Assembly (NCBI GenBank): GCA_021811585.1
Contig: JAJZOG010000011.1
Location: forward strand, 1-54,137
Origin: a bacterium
GTDB lineage: Bacteria > Patescibacteriota > Doudnabacteria > UBA920 > VMFF01
DNA length: 54,137 nt
Reading direction: 5' to 3'
How positions within the stretch are numbered: the stretch's first letter is position 1; each line of letters opens with the position of its first letter. Shown in pieces: positions 28,242 through 37,315 of the stretch. The notes under the pieces were generated by a model, which was given only the letters and a program-made list of their open reading frames with translations, made no database searches and was not told the DNA's origin. The position numbers were made by a program, and so were the translations under genes.

Positions 28242-29390
28242 TCATATGTTTTTGAAATTCTCGCAAAGCTCTTCAAAATAGTCGTATTCGATTGCGGTGC
28301 GGATCTTTTTCATTAAATTCAAATAAAATTTGAGATTGTGCATGGTCGCCAGGCGGATTGCCAGCGGCTCTTCCGCGGAAAAAAGATGGCGCAGGTATGC
28401 GCGCGTATGGTTCAGGCACCCGTAGCAATCACAGGTGGAATCAACGGGCGCAAAATCCTCGGCAAATTCCTGCTTGCGGATATCCATGGTCGAGTAGGCG
28501 TCTTTTCCGTTTTCTGTTTTTGATGAAATATAGAGCCGCCCGTGCCTTGCCTCGCGCGTCGGAATCACGCAATCAAAAGTGTCGCAGCCGCGCGCGGCTG
28601 CCCGGACAATATCATACGGCGTGCCCACGCCCAGCAAATGCTTTGGCTTCTCTTCTTCCAGGTGCGGCACGGCATATTCAACCGCTTTGAGCATTTCTTC
28701 CGCCGGCTCCCCGACCGCAACCCCGCCAATGGCGTATCCGGGAAAATCCAATGCGCGCATTTGCTCCGCGCTTTTTTTGCGCAAATCCGCAAAACTCGCG
28801 CCCTGCACAATTCCCCAAAGTTTTTGCCCTGGGTTCAAAGGATCGCCGCTTTTCATTATCCGCGAATTTTCCGCAAGCGCGCGCTCCGCCCACGCGCGCG
28901 TGCGCTCGATTGCTTCCAATGTCCTTTGCCGCTCAAACGGATACCCCGGAAAATCATCCAAAATTAAAGCGACATCGCTTCCCAAGTTCGCCTGTATATC
29001 AACGGAAATTTCCGGCGAGAGCATGCTTTGCCTGCCGTCCAAATCAAACTGGAATAAAACCCCGGCATCGGTTGTCTTGCGCATTTTCGCAAGCGAAAAA
29101 ACCTGGTATCCGCCGCTGTCGGTGAAAATGGCGTTCTTCCAGTTCATAAACCTGTGCAATCCGCCGGCTTTATAGATGAGGCCGTCGCCGGGCCTTTGCC
29201 AAAGGTGGTAAGTGTTTGCCAAAATCATGTCAGCGCCCCAGAATTTTAGCTCCTCGGAAGTGACGCTTTTGACAGTTCCTTTTGTGCCGATGGGCAAAAA
29301 CGCCGGCGTCTGCACATCGCCGTGCGCAGTATGCAAAACCCCGCGCCGCGCGCGGGATTTGCTGTTGGTTTTTAAAATTTCAAAATACAT
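28242..29390 (-). CDS. tgt: tRNA-guanine transglycosylase
   Basis: ILANTYHL, TDSGGYQVFSL, GIVQG, FDCVIPTR, CDC..C Zn site, HNL. Confidence 0.95.
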   Translation of the reverse strand: MYFEILKTNSKSRARRGVLHTAHGDVQTPAFLPIGTKGTVKSVTSEELKFWGADMILANTYHLWQRPGDGLIYKAGGLHRFMNWKNAIFTDSGGYQVFSLAKMRKTTDAGVLFQFDLDGRQSMLSPEISVDIQANLGSDVALILDDFPGYPFERQRTLEAIERTRAWAERALAENSRIMKSGDPLNPGQKLWGIVQGASFADLRKKSAEQMRALDFPGYAIGGVAVGEPAEEMLKAVEYAVPHLEEEKPKHLLGVGTPYDIVRAAARGCDTFDCVIPTREARHGRLYISSKTENGKDAYSTMDIRKQEFAEDFAPVDSTCDCYGCLNHTRAYLRHLFSAEEPLAIRLATMHNLKFYLNLMKKIRTAIEYDYFEELCENFKNI

Positions 29391-29398
29391 GAATTAAG

Positions 29399-29935
29399 TT
29401 AAAGGCGCGCCTCGCGAGTGTCGCGTTCGGCGTCTCGCTGTTTGCCCCTTTGCGTTTGCCAATACCTTTCTTCGCGCAAATTTGGCTTGTAAGCTTCGCT
29501 TTTTGCCCGCTCAATCTTATCCGTATTCGGCCGGTCTAAAAGTTCCTCGCGCATGTCCTCTTGTTCTTGCTCTGTGGTATGCTCCTGGCCAACCGCCATA
29601 TTAAACGCTTCAAGTTCGCCCGCAAATTGCCGCGGATCAATTTCTGAAACCGGCTTTGCCTCGGCCTCAAAAAGCTTATCCATCATTTCTTTGGCTTTAT
29701 GACTCCTGAATTGCGCGCTTATTAACTTACGGGCAACTTCCATTACCGCGCTCGGATTTTTTAAAGCATCCCGCAAAGTCCTTATCTTATAAAGCAGTTC
29801 CATCCTGTCTTCCTGCGGCAGTTCCGCGAATTGGTTAGCTGCTTCCCTGAATTTCGGGCCAAGCTTCTTTGATTCGCTGTCGCTTAACTGCCCCGTGGGA
29901 TTAAAGGGCGCTTCCCTTCGAAAGAAATTTCTCAT
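29399..29935 (-). CDS. Hypothetical charged helical protein
   Basis: Fills the pnp-tgt gap on the same strand; no recognisable motif. Confidence 0.65.
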   Translation of the reverse strand: MRNFFRREAPFNPTGQLSDSESKKLGPKFREAANQFAELPQEDRMELLYKIRTLRDALKNPSAVMEVARKLISAQFRSHKAKEMMDKLFEAEAKPVSEIDPRQFAGELEAFNMAVGQEHTTEQEQEDMREELLDRPNTDKIERAKSEAYKPNLREERYWQTQRGKQRDAERDTREARL

Positions 29936-29968
29936 GCATTTTTATTTAATGGTTATCTCAATTTAATT

Positions 29969-32272
29969 TTACTCTTTTCGCCTGAAAAAGCCACTGCGCC
30001 GCCCGTTCTGCCGGTCTTGCTGGCGGTCTCTGGGGTCCCTATCATAACGCCTGCCATTGCCATTGCCGCCGGCATCATTCCCGCCGCGGCCATTCCCGTT
30101 TCCCGCATCTTTTGCAAAAGGCCTGTGCGTAAGGTTAATCCTGCCTTGCGAATCAATTTCTTTTACCAGGACTTTTATGATATCTCCGACATGCACAACA
30201 TCATGAACATTCTCTACCCTGCTGTTCGCAAGCTCGGAGACATGCACCAGGCCTTCCTGCCCGGGCACAAGCTCCACAAACGCGCCAAAATTCATAATGC
30301 GCGTAACTTTTCCGTCGAAAACCTCGCCCGGCGCTATTTCCCGCACAATATTCTTAATCCATGCGACCGCTTTTTCGGATGCTTCGGGATTTGTGGAAGT
30401 CACCATCACCAAGCCGCTGTCTTCAATATCAATTTTAACTCCTGTCTCCGCGATAATGCCGTTGATTGTCTTTCCGCCCGAGCCGATAACCTCGCGGATT
30501 TTTTCCGGATTAATGGTAAAGGAAACAATTCTCGGCGCATAAGGGGAAAGGTCTGGCCGCGGCGCGCTTATTGCTTCTTTCATCTTGGAAAGAATATGCA
30601 TGCGCCCGGGCTTTGCCTGCCTTATAGCATCGCTTAAAATTTCGAAAGGCAAACCTTTTACTTTCATATCCAATTGCAAAGCAGTAATCCCGTTTTCGCT
30701 TCCCGCAACTTTAAAATCCATATGCCCGTTGAAATCTTCAATGCCGGCAATATCCGTGAGCACTTTATACTTGCCTGTTTCCTCGTCATAAACCAAGCCC
30801 ATGGCAACGCCGCCAATCATTTCGCGAATTTTTACGCCAGCGTCCATGAGGGCAAGCGTTGAACCGCATGTTGAAGCCATGGAAGTTGAGCCGTTCGAAG
30901 AGATTGCCTCGGAAACCAGGCGCATGGTGTAAGGAAATTCCTCTTGAGGGGGAATCACAGGCAAAAGTCCGCGCTCGGCAAGGGCGCCGTGCCCGATTTC
31001 CCTGCGGCCCGGGCCGCGGATAGGAACAACTTCGCCCGTGGAATATCCGGGCATATTATAATGGTGGATGTAACGTTTGGGCGTTCCGGCTTCCGGATCT
31101 TCCATGCCGTCCAAGAGCTGTTCATCGCCCTTGGATCCGAGCGTCACGGTTGTGAGCACCTGGGTTTCGCCTCTTGTGAAAAGCGCGGAACCGTGCGTGC
31201 GCGGCAGAACGCCGACTTCGCAAGCCACTTTTCTGGTTTCATCCAATTTGCGGCCGTCCACGCGGCGCTCATGTTCCAAAATATTTTTTTGGAGCACTTT
31301 TTTCATGAGCTTATCCAGTGATTCGGCAACTTCTTTTTTCAGTTCTTTTTCTTCCAAAAGTTCGGAGGCATCAATCGCCGAAGGGGCTTTTGTGCCGTCG
31401 TTTGCGCCTTTCAGGAATTCGCTTTTAAGCGCCTCGTAAATTTCATCTTCAAATTTCTTGGTGTTCTGCTCGCGCTGGTCCTTATCGGCAACATACAAAA
31501 CCGCCTCAATTTTTTCGCGGCCTGCCAGGGCCGAGACCTTTTCAAAAATAACCTTATTAATTTCCACGCGTACAATTTCAGATTTCGGCTTGCCCGCCTC
31601 TTTGGCAAAATCATTTTGCAGTTTGCAAAGCTCGCCAAGATATTTGCGGGCAAAATCAAGGCCGCCAATCATATCCTCTTCGGGAATGATATTTGCCCCG
31701 GCTTCAACCATGACTATCCGTTCTCCGGTTCCGGAGACAATTAAATCCAAAGCAGAGGTCTCCAATTGCGCGCGGCTCGGGTTCAAAATATATTCTCCGC
31801 CAATCTTCCCGACGCGCACCGCGGCAATAGGGCCGCCAAACGGGATGTCGGAAATTGCCAGCGCGGCGGAAGCGGCATTCACCGCCAAAATATCGGCCTC
31901 GTTTTCTCCGTCAATGGAAAGAATCGTGGCAACAACCTGCACGTCATTGCGCATGCCTTCGGGAAACATGGGGCGAATGCTTCGGTCAATGACGCGGCCC
32001 GAGAGAATCGCCTCTTCGCTGGCCCTGCCCTCGCGCTTAACCCACCTGCTTCCTTTTATTTTTCCCGCGGCATAAAGGCGCTCTTCGTAATCAACCAAAA
32101 GCGGGAAAAAATCCATGCCGTCGCGCGGATTTGGCGACATTACCGCTGTCGCCAAAACAACCGTATCTCCGGTGCGCGCAAGAACAGAGGCATTGGCCTG
32201 CTTGGCCATGCGCCCTGTTTCAAACTGCACTTCCTTATCTCCGATTTTCGAAGATATTTTTTTGACGTCCAT
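29969..32272 (-). CDS. pnp: Polyribonucleotide nucleotidyltransferase
   Basis: DFFPLLVDY, RTHGSALFTRGETQ, RREIGHG, SNGSTSMAS, KH and S1 domains; start MDVKK at 32272 with AAAGGAA upstream. Confidence 0.97.
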   Translation of the reverse strand: MDVKKISSKIGDKEVQFETGRMAKQANASVLARTGDTVVLATAVMSPNPRDGMDFFPLLVDYEERLYAAGKIKGSRWVKREGRASEEAILSGRVIDRSIRPMFPEGMRNDVQVVATILSIDGENEADILAVNAASAALAISDIPFGGPIAAVRVGKIGGEYILNPSRAQLETSALDLIVSGTGERIVMVEAGANIIPEEDMIGGLDFARKYLGELCKLQNDFAKEAGKPKSEIVRVEINKVIFEKVSALAGREKIEAVLYVADKDQREQNTKKFEDEIYEALKSEFLKGANDGTKAPSAIDASELLEEKELKKEVAESLDKLMKKVLQKNILEHERRVDGRKLDETRKVACEVGVLPRTHGSALFTRGETQVLTTVTLGSKGDEQLLDGMEDPEAGTPKRYIHHYNMPGYSTGEVVPIRGPGRREIGHGALAERGLLPVIPPQEEFPYTMRLVSEAISSNGSTSMASTCGSTLALMDAGVKIREMIGGVAMGLVYDEETGKYKVLTDIAGIEDFNGHMDFKVAGSENGITALQLDMKVKGLPFEILSDAIRQAKPGRMHILSKMKEAISAPRPDLSPYAPRIVSFTINPEKIREVIGSGGKTINGIIAETGVKIDIEDSGLVMVTSTNPEASEKAVAWIKNIVREIAPGEVFDGKVTRIMNFGAFVELVPGQEGLVHVSELANSRVENVHDVVHVGDIIKVLVKEIDSQGRINLTHRPFAKDAGNGNGRGGNDAGGNGNGRRYDRDPRDRQQDRQNGRRSGFFRRKE

Positions 32273-32310
32273 CAAATTCCTTTCAATTTTCCTTGTCCTC
32301 CGCAATTCTC

Positions 32311-32398
32311 TTCGAAAACGGAGCCGGACGTCATTTGCAATCATGTTTGGCTTTAGGGCAAAAGCCAAACATGGCTGCCAACAACGCCCGTTTTAGAA
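32311..32398 (-). promoter_or_regulatory. Long rpsO-pnp intergenic hairpin (possible RNase III site)
   Basis: CATGTTTGGCTTT 32342-32354 / AAAGCCAAACATG 32361-32373, plus an outer AAAACGG/CCGTTTT stem. Confidence 0.55.
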
Positions 32399-32433
32399 AA
32401 TTCAAGCCGCGGCAAATTGCAGCGGCTCCTTAA

Positions 32434-32700
32434 TTACTTTTTAAGCTTCAATTTTTCAGCCAATTTTTCGTACCTTTTCTCGTCTTCGGATTTAAGGTAG
32501 CGAAGCAAGCGCCTGCGGTTGCCGACCATCTGCAAAAGCCCTCTGCGGCTGTGGTTGTCCTTGCGGTGGACTTTCAAGTGCTCGGAAACCTGGTCAATCT
32601 CTTTTGTTAAGATTGCGATTTGCACTTCAGGAGATCCGGTGTCATCTTTGTGAACCTGAAATTTCCTGATAAGCGCGTCTTTTTCTTTTTTCGAAAGCAT
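32434..32700 (-). CDS. rpsO: 30S ribosomal protein S15
   Basis: [36 protein letters not shown]. Confidence 0.98.
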   Translation of the reverse strand: MLSKKEKDALIRKFQVHKDDTGSPEVQIAILTKEIDQVSEHLKVHRKDNHSRRGLLQMVGNRRRLLRYLKSEDEKRYEKLAEKLKLKK

Positions 32701-32910
32701 GTCGCTCCAATATGCGGGAATCGCCTGCGCCTTGTGCTAAAGCGCTGCGGACATTCCGCGCCTGTCTGCACGATTAATCGCGTAAGCTGCCGGCCAGATT
32801 GCCCGTAAGCCGCAGCAACGAAATTAACGTGGAATTAAATAATTGTTAAAAGCATTTCAATGCCGTCTATATTTTAACACGAATGCCGCCCGGGTTGCAA
32901 ATCACGGCTT

Positions 32911-32939
32911 TAGACAAATCTTTTTTTAATTCCTATACT
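32911..32939 (+). promoter_or_regulatory. Sigma70-type promoter of the xer gene
   Basis: TAGACA 32911-32916, 17 nt, TATACT 32934-32939. Confidence 0.65.
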
Positions 32940-32981
32940 ACCCATGTCGCATAATATTTTCGAACCTAAGCCGAAACCTGC

Positions 32982-33986
32982 ATGCCTAAAACCAAGACAA
33001 TATCCCAACTCCTGACGGATTTTCTCGAATACGCGGAAATTGAAAAAAACCGCAGCGCACTGACCTTGCGCAATTATCATCATTACCTGAAAAGGTTTGT
33101 GGAATTTGCGGACAAAAACAAAGTCGCCGATGCCGCGGATATTTCTCTTGAACTCGTGCGCAAGTATCGCCTATACGTAAATCGCCTTCCGGATCCGCGC
33201 ACAGGCAGGCAGCTTAAGCAGGTTACGCAAAATTACCACATTATTGCTTTGCGCGCGTTCTTAAAATATTTAGCGCGGCATGACGTGCAAACTCTGGCAG
33301 CGGAAAAATTAGAGCTTGGAAAAACTCCGAGCCGAAGCGTGGAATTTTTGGAAAAGGATGAGGTCGAACGATTAATCGGCGCGACTTCATCCGAAAAAGA
33401 CGAAATTTTAATGCTGCGCGACCGCGCTATTTTGGAAACGCTTTTTTCCACGGGCCTGCGCGTTTCCGAGCTTTGCTCCCTGAAGCGCGACCAAATTAAT
33501 TTTAAGCGCGGCGAATTTACGGTGCGCGGCAAAGGGGACAAATTGCGGCTGGTATTCTTATCGGCGGAGGCATGTGCGGCGGTTCAGGAGTACCTAAAAA
33601 AACGCCGGGACAATTCCAAATTTCTCTTCATCAGCCATTCGGGAATCGGCCAAAAAGGGAATAAAATAGAAAAAGAGATGCGGAGTTTCGGGAGGGACTC
33701 CGGCAATTCCGGAGCAGGTGCGGCGGGCGGCCTAACCCCCAGATCTGTGCAGAGAATCGTAAAAAAATATGCCTTGCTTGCGGGAATTGTAAAAAGCGTG
33801 CACACGCATTCATTGCGGCATACTTTTGCAACCGATCTGCTCCGCAACGGCGCGGATATCCGAAGCGTGCAAAGCATGCTCGGGCATTCTTCCATTACAA
33901 CCACGCAAATCTACACGCACATAACCAACCAGCAGCTGCGCGAGGTGCACCAAAAATTTCACAACAGAAAAAATAAAAATTCCTAA
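32982..33986 (+). CDS. XerC/XerD-family tyrosine recombinase
   Basis: RDRAILETLFSTGLRVSEL, GKGDK, HSLRHTFAT, LGH, TTQIYTH (R-K-H-R-H-Y complete). Confidence 0.95.
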   Translation: MPKTKTISQLLTDFLEYAEIEKNRSALTLRNYHHYLKRFVEFADKNKVADAADISLELVRKYRLYVNRLPDPRTGRQLKQVTQNYHIIALRAFLKYLARHDVQTLAAEKLELGKTPSRSVEFLEKDEVERLIGATSSEKDEILMLRDRAILETLFSTGLRVSELCSLKRDQINFKRGEFTVRGKGDKLRLVFLSAEACAAVQEYLKKRRDNSKFLFISHSGIGQKGNKIEKEMRSFGRDSGNSGAGAAGGLTPRSVQRIVKKYALLAGIVKSVHTHSLRHTFATDLLRNGADIRSVQSMLGHSSITTTQIYTHITNQQLREVHQKFHNRKNKNS

Positions 33987-34699
33987 ATAATATCTTCTTT
34001 GCGCACAAACTTGTGTTTTCCGGGCGGCAAATCGCCAAGCGCAAGCTTATTCATGCGGATGCGCTTCAAATTCTTAACCTTAAAGCCGATTGCCTCAAAC
34101 ATGCGCCGAATCTGGCGTTTTTTTCCTTCATGGATGGTCATTAAAATATACTGGCCCGATTGTCCTTCCGCGCCCCGCCCGGTGCGCACCTTTAATTTTG
34201 CAGGGCTGGTTAAAACGCTTTCGCCAATCTCCACGCCGCGGCGCAAGCGGTTGAGCTCCGCGTCGCCAATCGGCTTGCTCAAGACAACCTCATATTCTTT
34301 GTCGTGCTCAAATTTCGGATGCGCGACCTTCTGCGTCAAATCCCCGTCATTCGTGAAAACAATAAGTCCCTCGGTGTTAAAATCCAACCGTCCGATGCTC
34401 CAAACCTTGTCGCGCAAATTTTGCGGAAGCAAATCGTAAACGCTGCGCCGCTTTTGCGGGTCGCGACGGGAAGAAATATATCCGCGCGGCTTGTTCAGGG
34501 CAATATAAAAAAGCTCGCACACAGGCGCAACCCTTTTGCCATTATATAAAACCACGTCCTTTTCGGCGTTAACCTTATCGCCAATCGCGGCGATTCGCCC
34601 GTTAATTTTAACAAAGCCTTTTTTTATAAGCGCTTCCGCGCGGCGGCGCGAAGCCACTCCGGCGTTGGATAAGAATTTTTGCAGCCGATCTTCTGGCAT
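33983..34699 (-). CDS. RsuA/RluB-family pseudouridine synthase
   Basis: S4 domain RLQKFLS.AGVASRR, NKPRG, GRLD, EGKKRQIRRM. Confidence 0.93.
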   Translation of the reverse strand: MPEDRLQKFLSNAGVASRRRAEALIKKGFVKINGRIAAIGDKVNAEKDVVLYNGKRVAPVCELFYIALNKPRGYISSRRDPQKRRSVYDLLPQNLRDKVWSIGRLDFNTEGLIVFTNDGDLTQKVAHPKFEHDKEYEVVLSKPIGDAELNRLRRGVEIGESVLTSPAKLKVRTGRGAEGQSGQYILMTIHEGKKRQIRRMFEAIGFKVKNLKRIRMNKLALGDLPPGKHKFVRKEDII

Positions 34700-34751
34700 A
34701 AGCCAATTATACAGCTTACCGCGCCGGAAATAAAACGCCGCTCAGCAAACT

Positions 34752-35213
34752 TTACTGCGCCCCGGGGGCCGAGGGACGAATATCAACCGCATCGGCGCTA
34801 ATGCTGCCGTCCTGGTTTGCAGTGCCGCTGATAACCACGCTTTCACCCTGGCTTAAATCGCTTGCCGAACCCGCAACGGATTTGTTTATTTTGGTGGCGC
34901 TTGAAAGCAAAATTATTTTCGTGCTTCCATTAGGCATTTTTATGACAATATTATTTGCGCTGGCGCTTAAAATTTGTCCGGCAGCAAAGCTTCCGGAAGA
35001 GCCCAAATGCATTGCCCCGCCTTTTAAGAAATACCTGCCTCCAGCGCCTGCGCCGCCGGTGCGTGCGAAGTTGCCGCCAAAAGAACCGGCGCCTAAACCG
35101 CCATTTGCCGTTTTCAAGGCATTGGCTTTGCCCGCAGCCATACCAGAAAAGAAACCCGCGCCCCCGGCAACCAAGGCAATAACTATTGCCCAAATTACAA
35201 ATTTTTTTCCCAT
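34752..35213 (-). CDS. Membrane-anchored OB-fold protein, DUF5666-like
   Basis: N-terminal TM, Gly-rich linker, GQILS...T.I.K...SDL..GE.V.I.G..N.DGSI.A. Confidence 0.75.
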   Translation of the reverse strand: MGKKFVIWAIVIALVAGGAGFFSGMAAGKANALKTANGGLGAGSFGGNFARTGGAGAGGRYFLKGGAMHLGSSGSFAAGQILSASANNIVIKMPNGSTKIILLSSATKINKSVAGSASDLSQGESVVISGTANQDGSISADAVDIRPSAPGAQ

Positions 35214-35258
35214 ATTATCCTTTCTTATTCTTATTTTTTTATTTGATTTGATGCCAAA

Positions 35259-36497
35259 TTATTCAAACCTCAGCGCCACAATCGGATCCAGCTTTGATGC
35301 CCTTAGGGCAGGGTAATATCCGAAAGCAATGCCGATGAAAGCGGAAACGCCGAACGCCAAAATTATTGAAGACGTATTCACCTGCGCCGGAAAAGATAAG
35401 AAATGCGCGGCAGCCAAGGCAATAAGCCAGCCCAAAACAATGCCTATAAAGCCGCCGAAAAAAGTTAGAATTACGGATTCAGCCAAGAACTGCAAGTTAA
35501 TATCGCGGCGCGTGGCGCCGATGGCTTTGCGCAGGCCGATTTCACGCGTGCGCTCGGTAACTGTTGTGAGCATCATATTCATAATCCCTATTCCGCCCAC
35601 GACCAGCGAAATTCCGGCAATGGACGCAAGCAAAATAGTAAATGTTCCTGTAACGCTGGATGCTGCCGAAACAATGCTTGCCTGGTTCTGAACAGTAAAA
35701 TCGGCTTGCGAAGGATCTGTAATCTTATGCCTTTGCAAAAGCAAATTAGTAACTTCCTGCTGTACGGCTGACATGCTGTTTTGGTCCACAGCCGAAATGC
35801 TAATATCGCTCACATACGGCTGGCCATTGCTGTTTGGGCCTGCCAAATAATGCTGGGCAGTGGAGATCGGAATTATAACCATGTCATCCTGGTTAAAAAA
35901 TCCGCTGCCGCCTTTGGATTGCATCACTCCTATGATTTTAAAATCAATGGAATTAATTTTTATTGTCTGCTCAATGGGATCTGCAATATTCGGGAAAAGG
36001 TCGCTTGCGGTTGTCGGGCCAAGCACCGCGACTTTTGCGTTCGAAGAGACCTCTTGCGCGGTGACAAATGAACCGTCCTGCATATTTACATTGCGCACAA
36101 TCGGATAATTCTGGTTTGTGCCAATTACCTGAGTATGCGTATTTGTACCTTTGGCAGTAATTTGATACGGCTTGGAGAGCTCCGGCGCGACTGCCTGTAT
36201 GGAAGGCACCTGGCTTGCAATTGCCTGATAATCCGCCATGGTTAAATTTTCCGCGCTGCCGCGTCCCAAGCTTATAAATGCGCCCGGGCCTTTTTGAACG
36301 CCAGGAGTGACTACAATAAGATTGGACCCGATTGATTGTATATTTGCCTGCACCATTGCCTGCGCGCCCTGGCCGATTGCTATCATGGCAATGACAGAAG
36401 CAATGCCTATAATTATCCCGAGCATTGTCAAAGTGGAACGCACTTTGTTTACCGCGAGCGCACTGTAACTTTCGCGCATTAAATCATTGGTTTTCAT
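35259..36497 (-). CDS. MacB/FtsX-like ABC permease
   Basis: RSTLTMLGIIIGIASV, VGGIGIMNMML..V.ERTREIGLRKAIGA, YPA.RA..LDP..ALR.E. Confidence 0.95.
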   Translation of the reverse strand: MKTNDLMRESYSALAVNKVRSTLTMLGIIIGIASVIAMIAIGQGAQAMVQANIQSIGSNLIVVTPGVQKGPGAFISLGRGSAENLTMADYQAIASQVPSIQAVAPELSKPYQITAKGTNTHTQVIGTNQNYPIVRNVNMQDGSFVTAQEVSSNAKVAVLGPTTASDLFPNIADPIEQTIKINSIDFKIIGVMQSKGGSGFFNQDDMVIIPISTAQHYLAGPNSNGQPYVSDISISAVDQNSMSAVQQEVTNLLLQRHKITDPSQADFTVQNQASIVSAASSVTGTFTILLASIAGISLVVGGIGIMNMMLTTVTERTREIGLRKAIGATRRDINLQFLAESVILTFFGGFIGIVLGWLIALAAAHFLSFPAQVNTSSIILAFGVSAFIGIAFGYYPALRASKLDPIVALRFE

Positions 36498-36506
36498 GTT
36501 TGGCTT

Positions 36507-37301
36507 TTAATGCTCAATGGTATTTTTACTCTCAATGGCATCCTGATTTTCAACGGCACCATGATTCTCAACAACATCCCGATTTTCAACAACACCACGA
36601 TGCTCAATGACAGCCCGCCTGTGCGTATTTTTTTCGTCGCTCAAAACTTCTCCGTCTTTAATATGAATAATGCGGTTGGCGTGCTCGGCAACATACGGCT
36701 CGTGCGTTATTAAAACAATGGTTCTGCCTTGCTCGTTTAAATCCTGAAAAGTGCCTAAAACAATATCGCCTGTTTTTGTATCCAAATTTCCCGTGGGCTC
36801 GTCCGCGAGCACAAGAGCGGGATTGTTTACCAGCGCCCGTGCAATTGCCACGCGCTGCTGCTGGCCTCCTGAGAGTTGGTTGGAAAGATGATAAAACCTG
36901 GATTCATCCAAGCCGGATTGCAAAAGCGCGCTTTTTGCCATTTCTTCGCGCTTACTCCTTTCAATCTCGGCGTAAACCAAAGGCAAGGCAACATTGCGCA
37001 CGACAGTGGCGCGCGGAAGCAAATTAAAAGATTGGAAAACGAAACCGATTTTTTTCCTGCGGATTTCGGCAAGGTTATCATCCGAAAGCGTGGAAACATC
37101 GTGCCCGTCTAAAATATATTTGCCGGATGTCGGGCTGTCCAAAGCGCCGAGGATGTGCATAAGGGTGGATTTCCCGGAGCCCGAAGGTCCCATGATGGCG
37201 ACAAACTCCCCTTCCTCAATGCTGAAATTTATATTTTTCAAAACCCGGGTTTCAATGCCTTCATTAAAATACGATTTGAAAATATTTTGAAGTTGAATCA
37301 T
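36507..37301 (-). CDS. MacB/LolD-like ABC ATP-binding protein
   Basis: [34 protein letters not shown]; hexapeptide-repeat C-terminal tail. Confidence 0.96.
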   Translation of the reverse strand: MIQLQNIFKSYFNEGIETRVLKNINFSIEEGEFVAIMGPSGSGKSTLMHILGALDSPTSGKYILDGHDVSTLSDDNLAEIRRKKIGFVFQSFNLLPRATVVRNVALPLVYAEIERSKREEMAKSALLQSGLDESRFYHLSNQLSGGQQQRVAIARALVNNPALVLADEPTGNLDTKTGDIVLGTFQDLNEQGRTIVLITHEPYVAEHANRIIHIKDGEVLSDEKNTHRRAVIEHRGVVENRDVVENHGAVENQDAIESKNTIEH

Positions 37302-37315
37302 AAATTAATGCGCAA

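Noticed and set aside
17181-33986. Integrative element between tRNA-Leu and the tyrosine recombinase
   Set aside because: The interval is almost all housekeeping genes, no duplicated tRNA 3' end was seen, and the recombinase looks like a chromosomal Xer.
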